Below, piece after piece: positions 51,797 through 63,079 of a stretch of 64,000 nt of DNA. The notes beneath the pieces are model-generated. The model had not been told where the DNA came from, made no database searches, and saw nothing but the letters and a program-made list of their open reading frames with translations. The first letter of the stretch is position 1, and each line of letters begins with the position of its first letter. The stretch is taken from positions 301,708-365,707 of the forward strand of contig NZ_DAJPEN010000001.1 in NCBI RefSeq assembly GCF_025993685.1, read 5' to 3'. The stretch is from Bacteroides mediterraneensis. Lineage in GTDB: Bacteria > Bacteroidota > Bacteroidia > Bacteroidales > Bacteroidaceae. The translations under genes and the position numbers were made by a program.

Positions 51797-53050
51797 ATGA
51801 ACAAGACTTGGATTATAATTCAGCGTGAATTTATAAATCGGGTAAGCAAGAAATCGTTTATTCTGCTTACCATTCTGATGCCGTTTGTGTTTGCGGCACT
51901 TATTTTTGTTCCCTTGTGGTTGTCTACCGTCAAGGGAGGCGACCAGAAACAGGTGGCCGTCATTGATGAAACGATGAAATATCTGCCTCAGTTCAAGGAC
52001 GATGAATCGTATCATTTCGTCGGAGTTCCTCAGATGGAGGCTTCTTTCCGGACAGATTCCAGTACGTTTGACGCCGTGGTGGAAATCAAGGCCGATTTGG
52101 CCGTCCATCCGGAAGCTGTGGCCATTTATTCACGGAAGGAAGTGCCGAACAGCCTTTCGCGGTTGGTGAGCGAGACACTCGATGAACAGGTACGTCAGGA
52201 CAAACTGCTTCGTTATGACATACCCCAGTTGCCTTCCATTATGCAGGATATGAACCGTAAGCTGAATATCCGTACGGTGAAATGGAGTGACGACGGTACG
52301 GAAAGCGAGTCGAATGCAGGAGCCGCCATGGCAGCCGGCATGGTATTGACGTTTCTGATTTACATGTTCGTGATGTCTTACGGAGGTATGGTGATGCAAA
52401 GTGTGATGGAGGAGAAGACCAACCGCATTGTGGAAGTCATTGTGTCTTCTGTCCGTCCTTTCCAGCTGATGATTGGAAAGATTGTGGGTATCGGACTGGT
52501 AGGCGTGGCCCAGCTGGCTATTTGGATTCTGCTGATTGTGGTGTTGTTGGGTATTGCGGGTAGTCTATCCGGCAGCTCTCCGGAACTGATGGGAGAGGCT
52601 TCTGGTGTGTTGGCTCTGCTCCATGGGTTGAATTTGGCCAAGATGGGAGGATTCTTTGTCTTGAACTTTATCGGAGGTTATCTGGTGTATGCCTCTATCT
52701 TTGCAGCCATCGGGGCCGCCATCAACGGGCAGGAAGATTCCCAGCAATTTATGACTCCGATTGTTCTGTTGCTGATTTTTGCTCTTTATGCGGGTATCTA
52801 CAGCTCCGACAATCCTGACGGACCGCTGGCTATCTGGTGTTCCATGATTCCGTTTACTTCTCCCATTGTCATGATGGTACGTTTGCCTTTCGATGTACCG
52901 GTATGGGAAACCGTACTGTCGGTGGTGATTCTGTATGCCGCCGCTTTCGGCATGATTTGGATAGCGGGAAAGATTTACCGGGTAGGTATTCTGATGTATG
53001 GCAAGAAACCTTCTTTCAAGGAAATGATTCGCTGGATTACGTACAAATGA
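51797..53050 (+). CDS. ABC-2 type permease (NatB/YhaP-like)
   Basis: 'EEKTNRIVEVIVSSVRPFQLMIGK', 'IYRVGILMYG'. Confidence 0.92.
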   Translation: MNKTWIIIQREFINRVSKKSFILLTILMPFVFAALIFVPLWLSTVKGGDQKQVAVIDETMKYLPQFKDDESYHFVGVPQMEASFRTDSSTFDAVVEIKADLAVHPEAVAIYSRKEVPNSLSRLVSETLDEQVRQDKLLRYDIPQLPSIMQDMNRKLNIRTVKWSDDGTESESNAGAAMAAGMVLTFLIYMFVMSYGGMVMQSVMEEKTNRIVEVIVSSVRPFQLMIGKIVGIGLVGVAQLAIWILLIVVLLGIAGSLSGSSPELMGEASGVLALLHGLNLAKMGGFFVLNFIGGYLVYASIFAAIGAAINGQEDSQQFMTPIVLLLIFALYAGIYSSDNPDGPLAIWCSMIPFTSPIVMMVRLPFDVPVWETVLSVVILYAAAFGMIWIAGKIYRVGILMYGKKPSFKEMIRWITYK

Positions 53051-53055
53051 CTTTC

Positions 53056-53144
53056 CAGTACTTCCAGGGCAGTACCGTAGTACTTTCAAGGAAGTACTGC
53101 AGTACTTTCAGTAAAGTACTCTAGTACAGCCTGGGAAGTACTGA
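53056..53144. repeat. Intergenic palindromic array: 4 units at 22-bp period (AGTACT-n8-AGTACT-type)
   Basis: Units start at 53057, 53079, 53101, 53123; ends form a 17/20 inverted repeat. Confidence 0.85.
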
Positions 53145-53206
53145 TATTGCCTAAAAGGCTGGTAAAGAGTTTCTTTTACATCAAGCTGAAAAAATGATGG
53201 AGGACG

Positions 53207-53257
53207 TATAAAAAAGCAGAGGCATCTCAAAATCTGAGACGCCTCTGCTTTTTTATA
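53207..53257. terminator. Bidirectional terminator between the ABC permease and methylmalonyl-CoA mutase
   Basis: aaaaaagcagaggc..tctca / tgaga..gcctctgctttttt. Confidence 0.8.
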
Positions 53258-53269
53258 GAAATCCTTCTT

Positions 53270-55423
53270 TTATTCCTCTTCCGCTTCCAGCAGCAGTTCC
53301 ATTACCTGACAAGCCGATTTGGCTACGGAAGTACCCGGGCCAAAGATGGCCATTACGCCGGCTTTATACAGGAAGTCATAATCCTGTGCCGGGATGACAC
53401 CTCCGGCAAAGACCAGGATATCTTCACGTCCCAGACGCTTCAATTCGGCAATGATTTGCGGAATCAAGGTTTTGTGTCCGGCAGCCAGTGACGAAACGCC
53501 CACTGCATGCACGTCGTTTTCCACGGCTTCGCGGGCTGCTTCTTCCGGAGTCTGGAACAACGGTCCCATATCCACATCGAAACCGCAGTCGGCAAATCCG
53601 GTAGCCACAACTTTTGCACCACGGTCGTGTCCGTCCTGTCCCATCTTGGCAATCATGACACGCGGACGGCGGCCTTCTTTCTTCGCAAATTCTTCGGTCA
53701 GTTCGCAAGCCCGTGCGAAATCTGCATCCTTTTTACTTTCTGATGAATACACGCCTGATATTGTTCTGATAATTGCTTTATAACGTCCTACTACTTTTTC
53801 GCAGGCATCGGATATTTCTCCCAGTGTGGCACGTACGCGGGCGGCTTCTACGGCCAGTTCCAGCAGGTTGCCCTTTCCGGTGCGTACACATTCGGTGAGG
53901 GCCTCCAGTGCCTTGTCCACCTCGGCCTGGTTACGGCCTTCTTTCAGACGGCGCAGGTTCTCAATCTGCTCCTGACGTACGGCTGTGTTGTCCACCTCTA
54001 GAATATCAATCGGGTCTTCCTTTTCCAGACGGTACTTGTTGGTTCCCACGATGGTTTGCTCTCCGGAGTCGATACGGGCCTGTGTGCGGGCAGCCGCTTC
54101 TTCGATACGCATCTTCGGAATACCTGTTTCGATGGCTTTGGCCATACCACCCAGTTTCTCGATTTCCTGAATATGCTCCCATGCCTTGTGAGCCAGTTCG
54201 TTGGTCAGGGCCTCCACGTAGTAAGAACCTCCCCACGGGTCTACGTTCTTGCAAATCTGTGTTTCTTCCTGAATGTAAATCTGCGTGTTTCGGGCGATAC
54301 GGGCCGAGAAGTCCGTCGGCAAGGCGATGGCTTCATCCAGTGCGTTGGTATGCAGTGACTGCGTGTGTCCCAGTGCGGCAGCCATGGCCTCGATACAAGT
54401 ACGTCCCACGTTGTTGAACGGATCCTGTTCGGTCAGTGACCATCCGGAAGTCTGTGAGTGTGTACGCAGAGCCAGTGATTTCGGGTTCTTCGGATGGAAC
54501 TGTTTTACAATCTTCGCCCACAGCATACGGGCGGCACGCATCTTGGCAATTTCCATGAAGTGGTTCATGCCGATGGCCCAGAAGAACGACAGACGGGGAG
54601 CGAAGGCATCGATGTCAATGCCGGCAGCCACTCCCGCACGCAGGTATTCCAATCCGTCGGCCAGGGTATAAGCCAGTTCGATGTCGGCAGTGGCACCTGC
54701 TTCCTGCATGTGGTATCCTGAGATAGAGATGGAGTTGAATTTCGGCATCTTCTGGGAAGTGTATTCAAAGATGTCGGAAATAATCTTCATGGAGAAGGCA
54801 GGCGGATAAATATAGGTGTTGCGCACCATGAATTCCTTCAGAATATCGTTCTGGATGGTTCCGGCCATTTCTTCCAGTTTGGCCCCCTGTTCCAGTCCCG
54901 CATTGATGTAGAACGCCATGATGGGAAGTACCGCCCCGTTCATGGTCATGGATACAGACATCTTGTTCAACGGAATACCATCGAAAAGCACCTTCATGTT
55001 TTCCAGCGAGCAGATAGATACACCCGCCTTACCCACATCGCCCACTACACGCGGATGATCCGGGTCATAACCACGGTGAGTCGGAAGGTCGAAGGCCACA
55101 GACAGACCTTTCTGTCCGGAAGCCAGGTTACGACGATAAAAGGCGTTGGATTCTTCTGCGGTAGAGAATCCGGCATACTGACGGATGGTCCACGGACGGA
55201 AGGTGTACATCATGGAGTACGGGCCACGAAGATAAGGAGGAATACCCGCCGCATAGTTCAGGTGTTCCATGCCCTCCAGGTCTTCCTTGGTGTATACAGG
55301 CTTCACCTGAATCTGTTCAGGTGTTTTCCAGTTGGCGGTGATGCCATTCTCTTTCTGCCATTCCATGCCGTTCTGCGGATGGAAACCGGCAAATATATCG
55401 ATTTGTGTAAAATTCTGTCTCAT
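53270..55423 (-). CDS. scpA: Methylmalonyl-CoA mutase, large (B12-binding) subunit
   Basis: '[11 protein letters not shown]', '[10 protein letters not shown]' (DxHxxG), 'SSLAAGH'; start placed at MRQNF (55423). Confidence 0.96.
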   Translation of the reverse strand: MRQNFTQIDIFAGFHPQNGMEWQKENGITANWKTPEQIQVKPVYTKEDLEGMEHLNYAAGIPPYLRGPYSMMYTFRPWTIRQYAGFSTAEESNAFYRRNLASGQKGLSVAFDLPTHRGYDPDHPRVVGDVGKAGVSICSLENMKVLFDGIPLNKMSVSMTMNGAVLPIMAFYINAGLEQGAKLEEMAGTIQNDILKEFMVRNTYIYPPAFSMKIISDIFEYTSQKMPKFNSISISGYHMQEAGATADIELAYTLADGLEYLRAGVAAGIDIDAFAPRLSFFWAIGMNHFMEIAKMRAARMLWAKIVKQFHPKNPKSLALRTHSQTSGWSLTEQDPFNNVGRTCIEAMAAALGHTQSLHTNALDEAIALPTDFSARIARNTQIYIQEETQICKNVDPWGGSYYVEALTNELAHKAWEHIQEIEKLGGMAKAIETGIPKMRIEEAAARTQARIDSGEQTIVGTNKYRLEKEDPIDILEVDNTAVRQEQIENLRRLKEGRNQAEVDKALEALTECVRTGKGNLLELAVEAARVRATLGEISDACEKVVGRYKAIIRTISGVYSSESKKDADFARACELTEEFAKKEGRRPRVMIAKMGQDGHDRGAKVVATGFADCGFDVDMGPLFQTPEEAAREAVENDVHAVGVSSLAAGHKTLIPQIIAELKRLGREDILVFAGGVIPAQDYDFLYKAGVMAIFGPGTSVAKSACQVMELLLEAEEE

Positions 55424-55433
55424 AGTGTGCAAT

Positions 55434-57341
55434 TCAAGATAAGAGTTTGCGGTTGTATTCGCGTAAAGTTTCCAGCACGTTGCAGCGTACATGGATGAAG
55501 TTCTCAATGCCGGCAGCTTTCAGTTCTTCCATGCAGGCCGGGGCACCTGCCACGATAAACATGGCACGTCCGTTGAGGGCCTTGAAGGCCGGAATGGCAT
55601 ATTCGGCATATTCATCGTCACTGGAGCAGAGCACCACGATGTCGGCTTGCGCCTTCATGGCCGCTTCGATACCTTCTTCAATGCTGGCAAATCCCAGGTT
55701 GTCGATGACCTGATATCCCGCACAAGCCAGGAAGTTGCAGGAGAACTGGGCACGGGCCTGACGCATGGCCAGGTTGCCGATGGTCAGCATGAATGCCTTC
55801 GGACGTTTGCCGGAGTTCTCAGTCTCCAGGCGGAGAGCCTCAAATTCGCTGGCCGCACGTGCCGTCTGCAATTTAACCAAAGCCGTTTCCTCTTCTTCAT
55901 GACCGCCACATCCGCATTTCGTACATCCGTCCAGCGGGCGTTTGTCGCCGGCCAGTTCGTTGAAGTTAGGATACTGGTTGGTTCCTAGCAGAATTTCTTT
56001 CCGTTTGGAGACTGCTTCATGACGAGCTTTGTTGCTCTGGTTCACGGCCTCCTGTACGCTGCCCGCTTTGACCGCTTGCAGCATGCCTCCCGCTTCTTCC
56101 ACAGCCAGGAAAAGTTTCCAAGCCTCTTTCGCGATGGAGACAGTCAGGTTTTCAATATAATAAGAACCGGCAGCCGGGTCGACGATGCGGTTCAGATGAG
56201 ATTCTTCTTTCAACAGCAGTTGCTGGTTGCGGGCGATACGTTCAGAGAAATCGTTCGGCGTTTCGTAAGTCTTGTCAAACGGCGAAACGGTGATGGAATT
56301 CACACCGGCGATGGCCGCACTCATGGCTTCCGTCTGTGTGCGGAGCAGGTTGACATGTGCATCAAACAGAGTGAGGTTGAAGTTGGAAGTTTCAGCGTGT
56401 GCCACCATCTTGCAGGCACAGTAGCAAGTACCGTCGGCCCCTGTATTTTTGCAGTCCGTGCGCGGACATTTCGGCTGATATTGTTTTACGATGTCGGCCC
56501 ACAGCATACGTGCCGCACGGAATTTGGCAATTTCCATGAAATAGTTGGAACTGATACCGAAATTGAATTTGATTTTCTTGGCAGCCAGTGCGGCGGGCAC
56601 GCCGGCTTCCACCAGCTGGTTGAGGTATTCATTTCCCCAAGCCAGTGCATATCCCAGTTCCTGGTAAATGTAGGCTCCGGCATTGTTCAGCTGTACCGAG
56701 TTGACGGCGATGCAACGGAAATGCGGATATCCGGCCAGTGTTTCCACCAGTTCTTTGCCGGTGGCGATGACGGCGCTCACATCTTTTCCTTTCTGCATCA
56801 TTTTGCTGATGGGGTCGAAGTTCAGCGAACCTTTCAGTTTTTCAGGCGCGTAGCCTTTTTTCTGGAAGTAAGCTACCAGCAGCTGCGCCAGTTGCAGGGT
56901 ATGGCGTTGGCAGGTAGAGAAGTTCAGTTCGATGCATTCGCAGCAGATATCTTTCAGCAGGGTGTCGAGGTATTCGGCATTGAGTTCTTTGGCTTTGATT
57001 TGGAATCCGAGTGAATCGACTCCTTTGTTTAAGATGTCAAGGGCTTTCGCGTTGGCTTCGGCTGCATCTTCCACCGTAATATCCTGACGGATGAACCAAG
57101 TGTTGTCGTCTTTCTTTATACCTCTTATATAAGGGTACTGTCCGGGAAGTCCTTCCGTGGTTTTCAGGCCTTCCAAATCTTCTTGACGGTAGAACGGTTT
57201 CACTTTGAAACCCTCGTTGGTTTTCCACACCAACTTTTTCTCAAAATCGGCTCCTTTCAAATCGACCATAATTTTGTCCATCCATTCTTGGGTAGACACA
57301 GGCGGAAAATCTGAAAAGAGTTTTTCTTTACTATCTGCCAT
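55434..57341 (-). CDS. mutA: Methylmalonyl-CoA mutase, small subunit
   Basis: '[11 protein letters not shown]', '[12 protein letters not shown]', '[10 protein letters not shown]'; no DxHxxG motif. Confidence 0.93.
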   Translation of the reverse strand: MADSKEKLFSDFPPVSTQEWMDKIMVDLKGADFEKKLVWKTNEGFKVKPFYRQEDLEGLKTTEGLPGQYPYIRGIKKDDNTWFIRQDITVEDAAEANAKALDILNKGVDSLGFQIKAKELNAEYLDTLLKDICCECIELNFSTCQRHTLQLAQLLVAYFQKKGYAPEKLKGSLNFDPISKMMQKGKDVSAVIATGKELVETLAGYPHFRCIAVNSVQLNNAGAYIYQELGYALAWGNEYLNQLVEAGVPAALAAKKIKFNFGISSNYFMEIAKFRAARMLWADIVKQYQPKCPRTDCKNTGADGTCYCACKMVAHAETSNFNLTLFDAHVNLLRTQTEAMSAAIAGVNSITVSPFDKTYETPNDFSERIARNQQLLLKEESHLNRIVDPAAGSYYIENLTVSIAKEAWKLFLAVEEAGGMLQAVKAGSVQEAVNQSNKARHEAVSKRKEILLGTNQYPNFNELAGDKRPLDGCTKCGCGGHEEEETALVKLQTARAASEFEALRLETENSGKRPKAFMLTIGNLAMRQARAQFSCNFLACAGYQVIDNLGFASIEEGIEAAMKAQADIVVLCSSDDEYAEYAIPAFKALNGRAMFIVAGAPACMEELKAAGIENFIHVRCNVLETLREYNRKLLS

Positions 57342-57622
57342 AGTGAATTAGTGTTTTTGTTGATATTCAGATTTAAAATTATTTGTGTAGGTTGGTTACC
57401 TGCATGGGCAAATATACAAATTTTCCGGTTTTTTATTCTACATTTGTCCTTTTTTTACAGCCATAGAAAGCTAAAAACATGAAACTGGTATTATATATTC
57501 AGTGAGGTAAAGTGTATGCTGTAAACCCATCGGGAGGGCTTGTGGTGAAAAAAGAAAGAAAAGTTTGTCCTATTCTTTTTAATTGGTTACATTTGCCTCC
57601 CGAATAAAATAATTTAATATCT

Positions 57623-59302
57623 ATGAATTGGCTACAAGATTTATTGACGAATCCCAACTCAATAGCGCATATCGTAGCACTTTATGCTTTTGTGATTGCG
57701 GCGGGGGTATTGTTGGGAAAAATTAAATTCTTCGGCATTTCGCTGGGAGTTACATTCGTCTTGTTTGTCGGAATCTTGGCAGGACACTTCGGCTTTACCG
57801 GAAATCCGGCTATTCTTTCTTTCGTACAAGACTTCGGACTGATTCTCTTTGTCTTCTGTATCGGACTTCAGGTCGGTCCTTCCTTTTTTTCTTCGTTCAA
57901 GCGAGGGGGTATCACGCTCAACCTGCTGGCGGTGGGAATTGTGTTCCTGAATATTGCAGTAGCACTGATTCTGTATTTTGCCTTGCAGGGCAGGATAGAT
58001 ATTCCGATGATGGTAGGTATCCTTTGTGGGGCGGTGACCAACACTCCGGGACTTGGTGCGGCTAACGAGGCGTTGCAGCAGCTGCATTATCAGGGTCCTG
58101 AAATTGCCATGGGATATGCCTGTGCTTATCCGCTGGGAGTGATGGGTATCATTCTTTCCATGATTATCATCCGTTATATCTGCCGGGTAGATGTGAAGCA
58201 GGACAGCGATGAAATTCAGAAAGAGGAGGAGGCAAATCCTCACATGAAGCCTTACACCATCTCCTTGAAGGTGCAGAACGAGGCTTTGAGCGGCAAGACG
58301 TTGTCGCAGGTACAGAACTTCCTGGCACGCGATTTTGTATGTACGCGCATTATTCAGGACGGACACATGATTACGCCGAATGCCAATACGGTGCTTCGTT
58401 TGGGCGACCGTATGTTCGTGGTGTGTGCTGAAGATGATTCCGAGGCTATTATGGCTTTCATCGGTCCGAAGATTGAACAGGACTGGGATGTGACGAACCA
58501 GCAGGACAAACCGATGGTTTCCCGTCGTATTTTGGTGACACAGCCGAACATCAACGGAAAAACCTTGGGAGAACTTCACTTCAGCAGTATGTATGGAGTG
58601 AATGTGACACGTGTCAACCGTTCGGGTATGGACTTGTTTGCGGCCCGTCAGCTGCGTCTGCAGGTGGGCGACCGTGTGATGGTGGTCGGCCCGCAGGATG
58701 CCATCGAGCGGGTGGCTAACTTGCTGGGTAACCAGTTGCGCCGTCTGGACCATCCGAACATTGTGACCATCTTTGTGGGTATCCTCTGTGGTATTCTGTT
58801 CGGTAGTCTGCCGATTGCCATTCCGGGCATGCCGACTCCGGTAAAACTCGGTCTGGCCGGTGGCCCGCTGATTATTTCCATCCTGATTGGCCGTTTTGGG
58901 CACAAGGTGAAACTGGTCACCTATACGACGATGAGTGCCAACCTGATGTTGCGTGAGGTGGGATTGGTGCTCTTCCTGGCCAGTGTGGGAATAAAGGCCG
59001 GTGAGAACTTCGTGCAGATGGTAGTGGAAGGCGATGGCGTGCTTTACGTAGGAGTTGGTTTCCTGATAACGTTCATTCCATTGATTATTACAGGTATTAT
59101 AGCCCGCTGGCATCATCGGGTGAATTACTTCACGCTAATGGGTCTGATTGCCGGTAGCAACACCGACCCTCCTGCCTTGGCATACGCCAACCAGATAGCA
59201 GGTAACGATGCACCGGCTGTAGGCTATTCTACGGTATATCCGTTGACTATGTTCTTGCGTATTCTGACCGCACAGTTGCTTGTCTTGCTGATGGCGGGAT
59301 AA
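57623..59302 (+). CDS. AspT/YidE/YbjL family transporter with two TrkA-C domains
   Basis: '[12 protein letters not shown]', 'AYPLGV', 'GSNTDPPAL', 'YSTVYP'. Confidence 0.9.
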   Translation: MNWLQDLLTNPNSIAHIVALYAFVIAAGVLLGKIKFFGISLGVTFVLFVGILAGHFGFTGNPAILSFVQDFGLILFVFCIGLQVGPSFFSSFKRGGITLNLLAVGIVFLNIAVALILYFALQGRIDIPMMVGILCGAVTNTPGLGAANEALQQLHYQGPEIAMGYACAYPLGVMGIILSMIIIRYICRVDVKQDSDEIQKEEEANPHMKPYTISLKVQNEALSGKTLSQVQNFLARDFVCTRIIQDGHMITPNANTVLRLGDRMFVVCAEDDSEAIMAFIGPKIEQDWDVTNQQDKPMVSRRILVTQPNINGKTLGELHFSSMYGVNVTRVNRSGMDLFAARQLRLQVGDRVMVVGPQDAIERVANLLGNQLRRLDHPNIVTIFVGILCGILFGSLPIAIPGMPTPVKLGLAGGPLIISILIGRFGHKVKLVTYTTMSANLMLREVGLVLFLASVGIKAGENFVQMVVEGDGVLYVGVGFLITFIPLIITGIIARWHHRVNYFTLMGLIAGSNTDPPALAYANQIAGNDAPAVGYSTVYPLTMFLRILTAQLLVLLMAG

Positions 59303-59326
59303 GTTTCGTGCAGGTGAAATAAGAGG

Positions 59327-59364
59327 AGCGTCCTGAATCTGAAAAGGTTCAGGGCGCTTTTTTT
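59327..59364 (+). terminator. Intrinsic terminator after the AspT-family gene
   Basis: agcgtcctgaa / ttcagggcgct plus T-tract. Confidence 0.78.
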
Positions 59365-59406
59365 GTAAACTCCAGTACATAAAGAGTCATTCCACGTTTC
59401 ATTTTC

Positions 59407-59496
59407 TATGTTTCCCTATCGGAAAACGTACGTTTCCCGAGGCGGAGCCGTATGTTTCGCATAAGGGAAACATACGTTTCTGGATTGGGAAACCTA
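59407..59496. repeat. Second copy, inverted, of the 39744 palindromic 4 x 22-bp array
   Basis: Units start at 59410, 59432, 59454, 59476; 71/90 ungapped identity, counted by hand, to the reverse complement of 39744-39833. Confidence 0.85.
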
Positions 59497-59575
59497 AAAG
59501 AAGGGAAAGAATTTGGGAAATCTTGTGGAAATATTTTTATGTTATTCAAGATTTTCTTGATATCTTGCAGAGAAT

Positions 59576-60271
59576 ATGGGATTAAATCTTTCTGCGGATA
59601 GGATGAGGAAACAGAAACTGTACGGATTCCTGGTTTTTGGAATCGTTTGGGCGTGTGTCGGATGGCTGCTGCCGGTACGTACGTACGCGGTGTCACATGG
59701 AGAGTTCGCCGCATGGACGGGCGTACGGGTAGACTGGCAGATGAACAGGTATTGGAAGTTCAGAGGTACCTTTCAGGCAAGAACCCAGAAGGGATTGAAA
59801 GAGATGGAACGGGAGCGGCTGAATGTGGGGGTGAACTGTCGGGTGCTTCCGTTGATGCAGCTTAAAGGCTATTACGAGTTGCAGTATCGTGACCGCGGAA
59901 AGGCGGGATGGAAAACCGGCCATCGCTATCAGGCAGGTTTTGTGGTGTCCGGCCCTGTGGGAGACTTCAAGCTTGGCTGGAGGGAACTTTTCCAGCATAC
60001 GTTTATCGGAGGAGGAAAGGAGGCACAGCTTCGTTCGCGGTTGCAGGCTGTATATGAACCGACAGGCTGGCTTCTGCATCCTTATTTCTCGGTAGAGTCG
60101 TTTCAGCCGGTGGGGGGAGGAGCTTTCTTTTCGCTGCCGCGTGTCCGTTATCGCCCGGGAGTGCGTTGGGGGCTGTCACGGAAAACGGCCTTGGATGTGT
60201 ATTACTGCCGGCAGTACGATGTGAAGCGATGTCTGAATGTGATGGGAATCAATCTGGAAATAAAATTATAA
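59576..60271 (+). CDS. Putative outer-membrane beta-barrel protein (DUF2490-like)
   Basis: Hydrophobic N-terminus, alternating beta-strand pattern, 'HRYQ', 'LRSRL', 'PYFSVE'. Confidence 0.6.
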   Translation: MGLNLSADRMRKQKLYGFLVFGIVWACVGWLLPVRTYAVSHGEFAAWTGVRVDWQMNRYWKFRGTFQARTQKGLKEMERERLNVGVNCRVLPLMQLKGYYELQYRDRGKAGWKTGHRYQAGFVVSGPVGDFKLGWRELFQHTFIGGGKEAQLRSRLQAVYEPTGWLLHPYFSVESFQPVGGGAFFSLPRVRYRPGVRWGLSRKTALDVYYCRQYDVKRCLNVMGINLEIKL

Positions 60272-60284
60272 AAGAATTATAGAC

Positions 60285-60788
60285 ATGAATTTTTTGGAAC
60301 TGGTAAAACAACGTCATTCCGTGCGGAGTTATGAACCCCGTGCGGTAGAGAAAGAAAAACTGGATTATGTGATGGAATGTGTGCGGATGGCTCCTTCGGC
60401 CGTGAATTTTCAGCCGTGGAAGTTTGCGGTGGTGACCGATGAGCCTCGGTTGTCGCAGCTGAAAAAGGCTTATCCGAGGGAATGGATATCCAATGTGCCT
60501 TGCCTCATTGTGGCGTGTGTCAATCACGAGGAATCATGGCATCGCAAGTCGGACGGGAAAGACCATGCCGACATTGACGTGGCTATTGCTGTGGAGCACC
60601 TTTGCCTGGCAGCCACAGAGCAGGGACTGGGCACCTGCTGGGTATGCAATTTTGACGTACCTCTTTGCCGGGAAGTGCTTCAGTTGCCTGCCCATATAGA
60701 GCCTGCGGTACTGATTCCGGTGGGCTATTCTGCCGAACAGGAAATGTCAGCTAAGAAGCGCAAATCCTTGGATGAGATTTTATTTTGA
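60285..60788 (+). CDS. Nitroreductase family protein
   Basis: 'RHSVRSY', 'APSAVNFQPW', 'GLGTCWV'. Confidence 0.93.
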   Translation: MNFLELVKQRHSVRSYEPRAVEKEKLDYVMECVRMAPSAVNFQPWKFAVVTDEPRLSQLKKAYPREWISNVPCLIVACVNHEESWHRKSDGKDHADIDVAIAVEHLCLAATEQGLGTCWVCNFDVPLCREVLQLPAHIEPAVLIPVGYSAEQEMSAKKRKSLDEILF

Positions 60789-60936
60789 TAGTAATATGGT
60801 AGGTTTGTAAACAAAATATCAAATATTTAACGAGTTTTAGCTACGATATTTGCTTGAAATTTCTACTTTTGGGACGCTCTTCGGAACTTGGTTTTCTGAA
60901 GAGCGCCTTTTTATATACATTCAAATTAGTTGAAAA

Positions 60937-61194
60937 ATGGAAAACTTTGAACTGGGATTATTGCTGATGGTGGTTGGAATGGTCACTGTCTTCGTAATTC
61001 TGCTCATCGTTATCTGGTTAAGCCAACTTCTGATTTCCGTTGTCAATAAAGTAGCTCCAGAGGAAACTCCGAAAAAGAAAAACACTTCATCGGGAGCATC
61101 TACTGATGCAGGTGCAATGGATGCTATCAAGGCAGCCGTCGACATTTTGACAGCCGGAAAAGGCCAGGTAATAAAAGTAGAAAAGTTGCAGTAG
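60937..61194 (+). CDS. oadG: Na+-transporting decarboxylase gamma subunit (OadG family)
   Basis: N-terminal TM 'GMVTVFVILLIVI', 'AIKAAV'; first gene of the oad cluster. Confidence 0.85.
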   Translation: MENFELGLLLMVVGMVTVFVILLIVIWLSQLLISVVNKVAPEETPKKKNTSSGASTDAGAMDAIKAAVDILTAGKGQVIKVEKLQ

Positions 61195-61222
61195 TCCGTT
61201 AGAAAAACACGCATGTAGAATC

Positions 61223-63079
61223 ATGGAACAGAAAGAAGTCAAATTTAGTTTGGTTTTCCGCGATATGTGGCAGAGTGCCGGAAAATACGTACCGCGTGTA
61301 GACCAGTTGGTAAAGGTGGCCCCAGCCATTATTGAAATGGGGTGTTTCGCCCGTGTAGAGACAAACGGGGGAGGTTTTGAACAAGTTAACCTGTTGTTCG
61401 GGGAGAATCCGAACAAGGCTGTCCGCGAGTGGACAAAGCCTTTTCACGAGGCCGGTATTCAGACGCACATGCTCGACCGTGCGCTGAACGGTTTGCGAAT
61501 GAGTCCGGTGCCTGCCGATGTACGAAAATTGTTCTATAAAGTCAAGAAAGCACAGGGTACGGATATTACCCGTACGTTCTGCGGATTGAACGATGTGCGC
61601 AACATTATCCCTTCTATCGGCTATGCACACGATGCCGGCATGATTTCACAGTGCTGTCTTTGCATCACTTATTCTCCGATTCATACCGTAGAATATTACC
61701 TGGATATGGCCAAGAAGCTGATTGATGCAGGCTGCGATGAAATCTGTATCAAGGATATGGCTGGTATCGGCCGTCCGGTGTTCCTGGGTAAATTGGTGGC
61801 CGGCATCAAGAAAATCAAGGATATCACGATTCAGTATCACTCACATGCGGGACCCGGTTTCAACATGGCTTCTATCCTGGAAGTCTGCAAGGCCGGTTGC
61901 GATTACGTGGATGTAGGTATGGATCCGTTGTCTTGGGGAACCGGACATGCGGATGTCATCAGTGTGCAGGCCATGCTGAAGGATGCGGGCTTCAAGGTGC
62001 CGGAAATCAACATGCAGGCTTACATGAAGGTGCGCTCACTGATTCAGGAATTCATGGACGACTTCCTGGGCTTGTACATCAGTCCGAGAAACCGCTTGAT
62101 GAACTCTCTGCTCATCGGACCGGGACTGCCGGGCGGTATGATGGGAAGTTTGATGGCCGACCTGGATACCAACCTGGAATCTATCAACAAATATAAGGCA
62201 AAACGGAACCTGCCGTTCATGACACAGGATGAACTGCTGATTAAGTTGTTCGACGAAGTGGCTTACGTATGGCCGCGTGTAGGTTATCCGTGTCTGGTCA
62301 CTCCGTTCAGCCAGTATGTGAAGAACCTGGCCATGATGAACGTCATTCAGATGGAAAAAGGCAAGGAACGCTGGGGCATGATTGCCGATGATATTTGGGA
62401 CATGATTCTGGGCAAGGCCGGACAGCTTCCGGGCAAACTGGCTCCTGAAATCGTGGAAAAGGCAGAACGCGAAGGCCGCAAGTTCTTCACGGGTAACCCA
62501 CAGGACAACTATCCTGACCAGCTGGAGAAATATCGCCAGATGATGTGGGAAAAGAAATGGGAAACCGGACAGGACGACGAGGAACTCTTCGAATATGCCA
62601 TGCATCCGGCTCAGTATGAAGCCTACAAGAGCGGAAAGGCCAAGGCCGACTTCCTGGAAGACGTGAAGAAACGTCGTGAAGCCAAGGAAGAAGTCCACAT
62701 GGCCAACGACCAGACCAAGGTATTGACGGTAGACGTCAACGGTCAGGCTTATCGGGTAACGGTAGCCTTTGGTGATGTCAATCCGGCCAAACTGGCAGGT
62801 CAGGCAGGTGCAGAAGCCGCTCCGGCTGCGCAGGTACCGGCTGGCGAAGGAAAGGAAATCCTCTCTCCGCTGGAAGGTAAGTTCTTCCTGACAAAAGGTG
62901 CGCAGGAAACTCCGGTGAAAGTGGGTGACAAGGTAAATAAAGGTGACGTGATTTGCTACGTGGAGGCAATGAAGACTTACAATGCCATCCGTGCAGAATT
63001 CAGTGGAACGGTGACCGCCATTTGTGTAAATTCCGGTGATTCCGTATCAGAAGATGACGTATTAATGAAGATTTTGTGA
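61223..63079 (+). CDS. oadA: Oxaloacetate decarboxylase alpha-like subunit (carboxyltransferase plus biotin carrier)
   Basis: 'RDMWQS', 'IKDMAG', 'HSH', 'PGGM', 'LVTPFSQ', biotinylation motif 'EAMK'. Confidence 0.88.
   Translation: MEQKEVKFSLVFRDMWQSAGKYVPRVDQLVKVAPAIIEMGCFARVETNGGGFEQVNLLFGENPNKAVREWTKPFHEAGIQTHMLDRALNGLRMSPVPADVRKLFYKVKKAQGTDITRTFCGLNDVRNIIPSIGYAHDAGMISQCCLCITYSPIHTVEYYLDMAKKLIDAGCDEICIKDMAGIGRPVFLGKLVAGIKKIKDITIQYHSHAGPGFNMASILEVCKAGCDYVDVGMDPLSWGTGHADVISVQAMLKDAGFKVPEINMQAYMKVRSLIQEFMDDFLGLYISPRNRLMNSLLIGPGLPGGMMGSLMADLDTNLESINKYKAKRNLPFMTQDELLIKLFDEVAYVWPRVGYPCLVTPFSQYVKNLAMMNVIQMEKGKERWGMIADDIWDMILGKAGQLPGKLAPEIVEKAEREGRKFFTGNPQDNYPDQLEKYRQMMWEKKWETGQDDEELFEYAMHPAQYEAYKSGKAKADFLEDVKKRREAKEEVHMANDQTKVLTVDVNGQAYRVTVAFGDVNPAKLAGQAGAEAAPAAQVPAGEGKEILSPLEGKFFLTKGAQETPVKVGDKVNKGDVICYVEAMKTYNAIRAEFSGTVTAICVNSGDSVSEDDVLMKIL

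Noticed and set aside
57342..57622. Cobalamin riboswitch upstream of methylmalonyl-CoA mutase
   Set aside because: No recognisable B12-box or conserved core could be seen; an Rfam scan would be needed to exclude it fully.
57659..59116. 485-aa minus-strand ORF
   Set aside because: Antisense shadow of the AspT/YidE transporter; composition is not protein-like.
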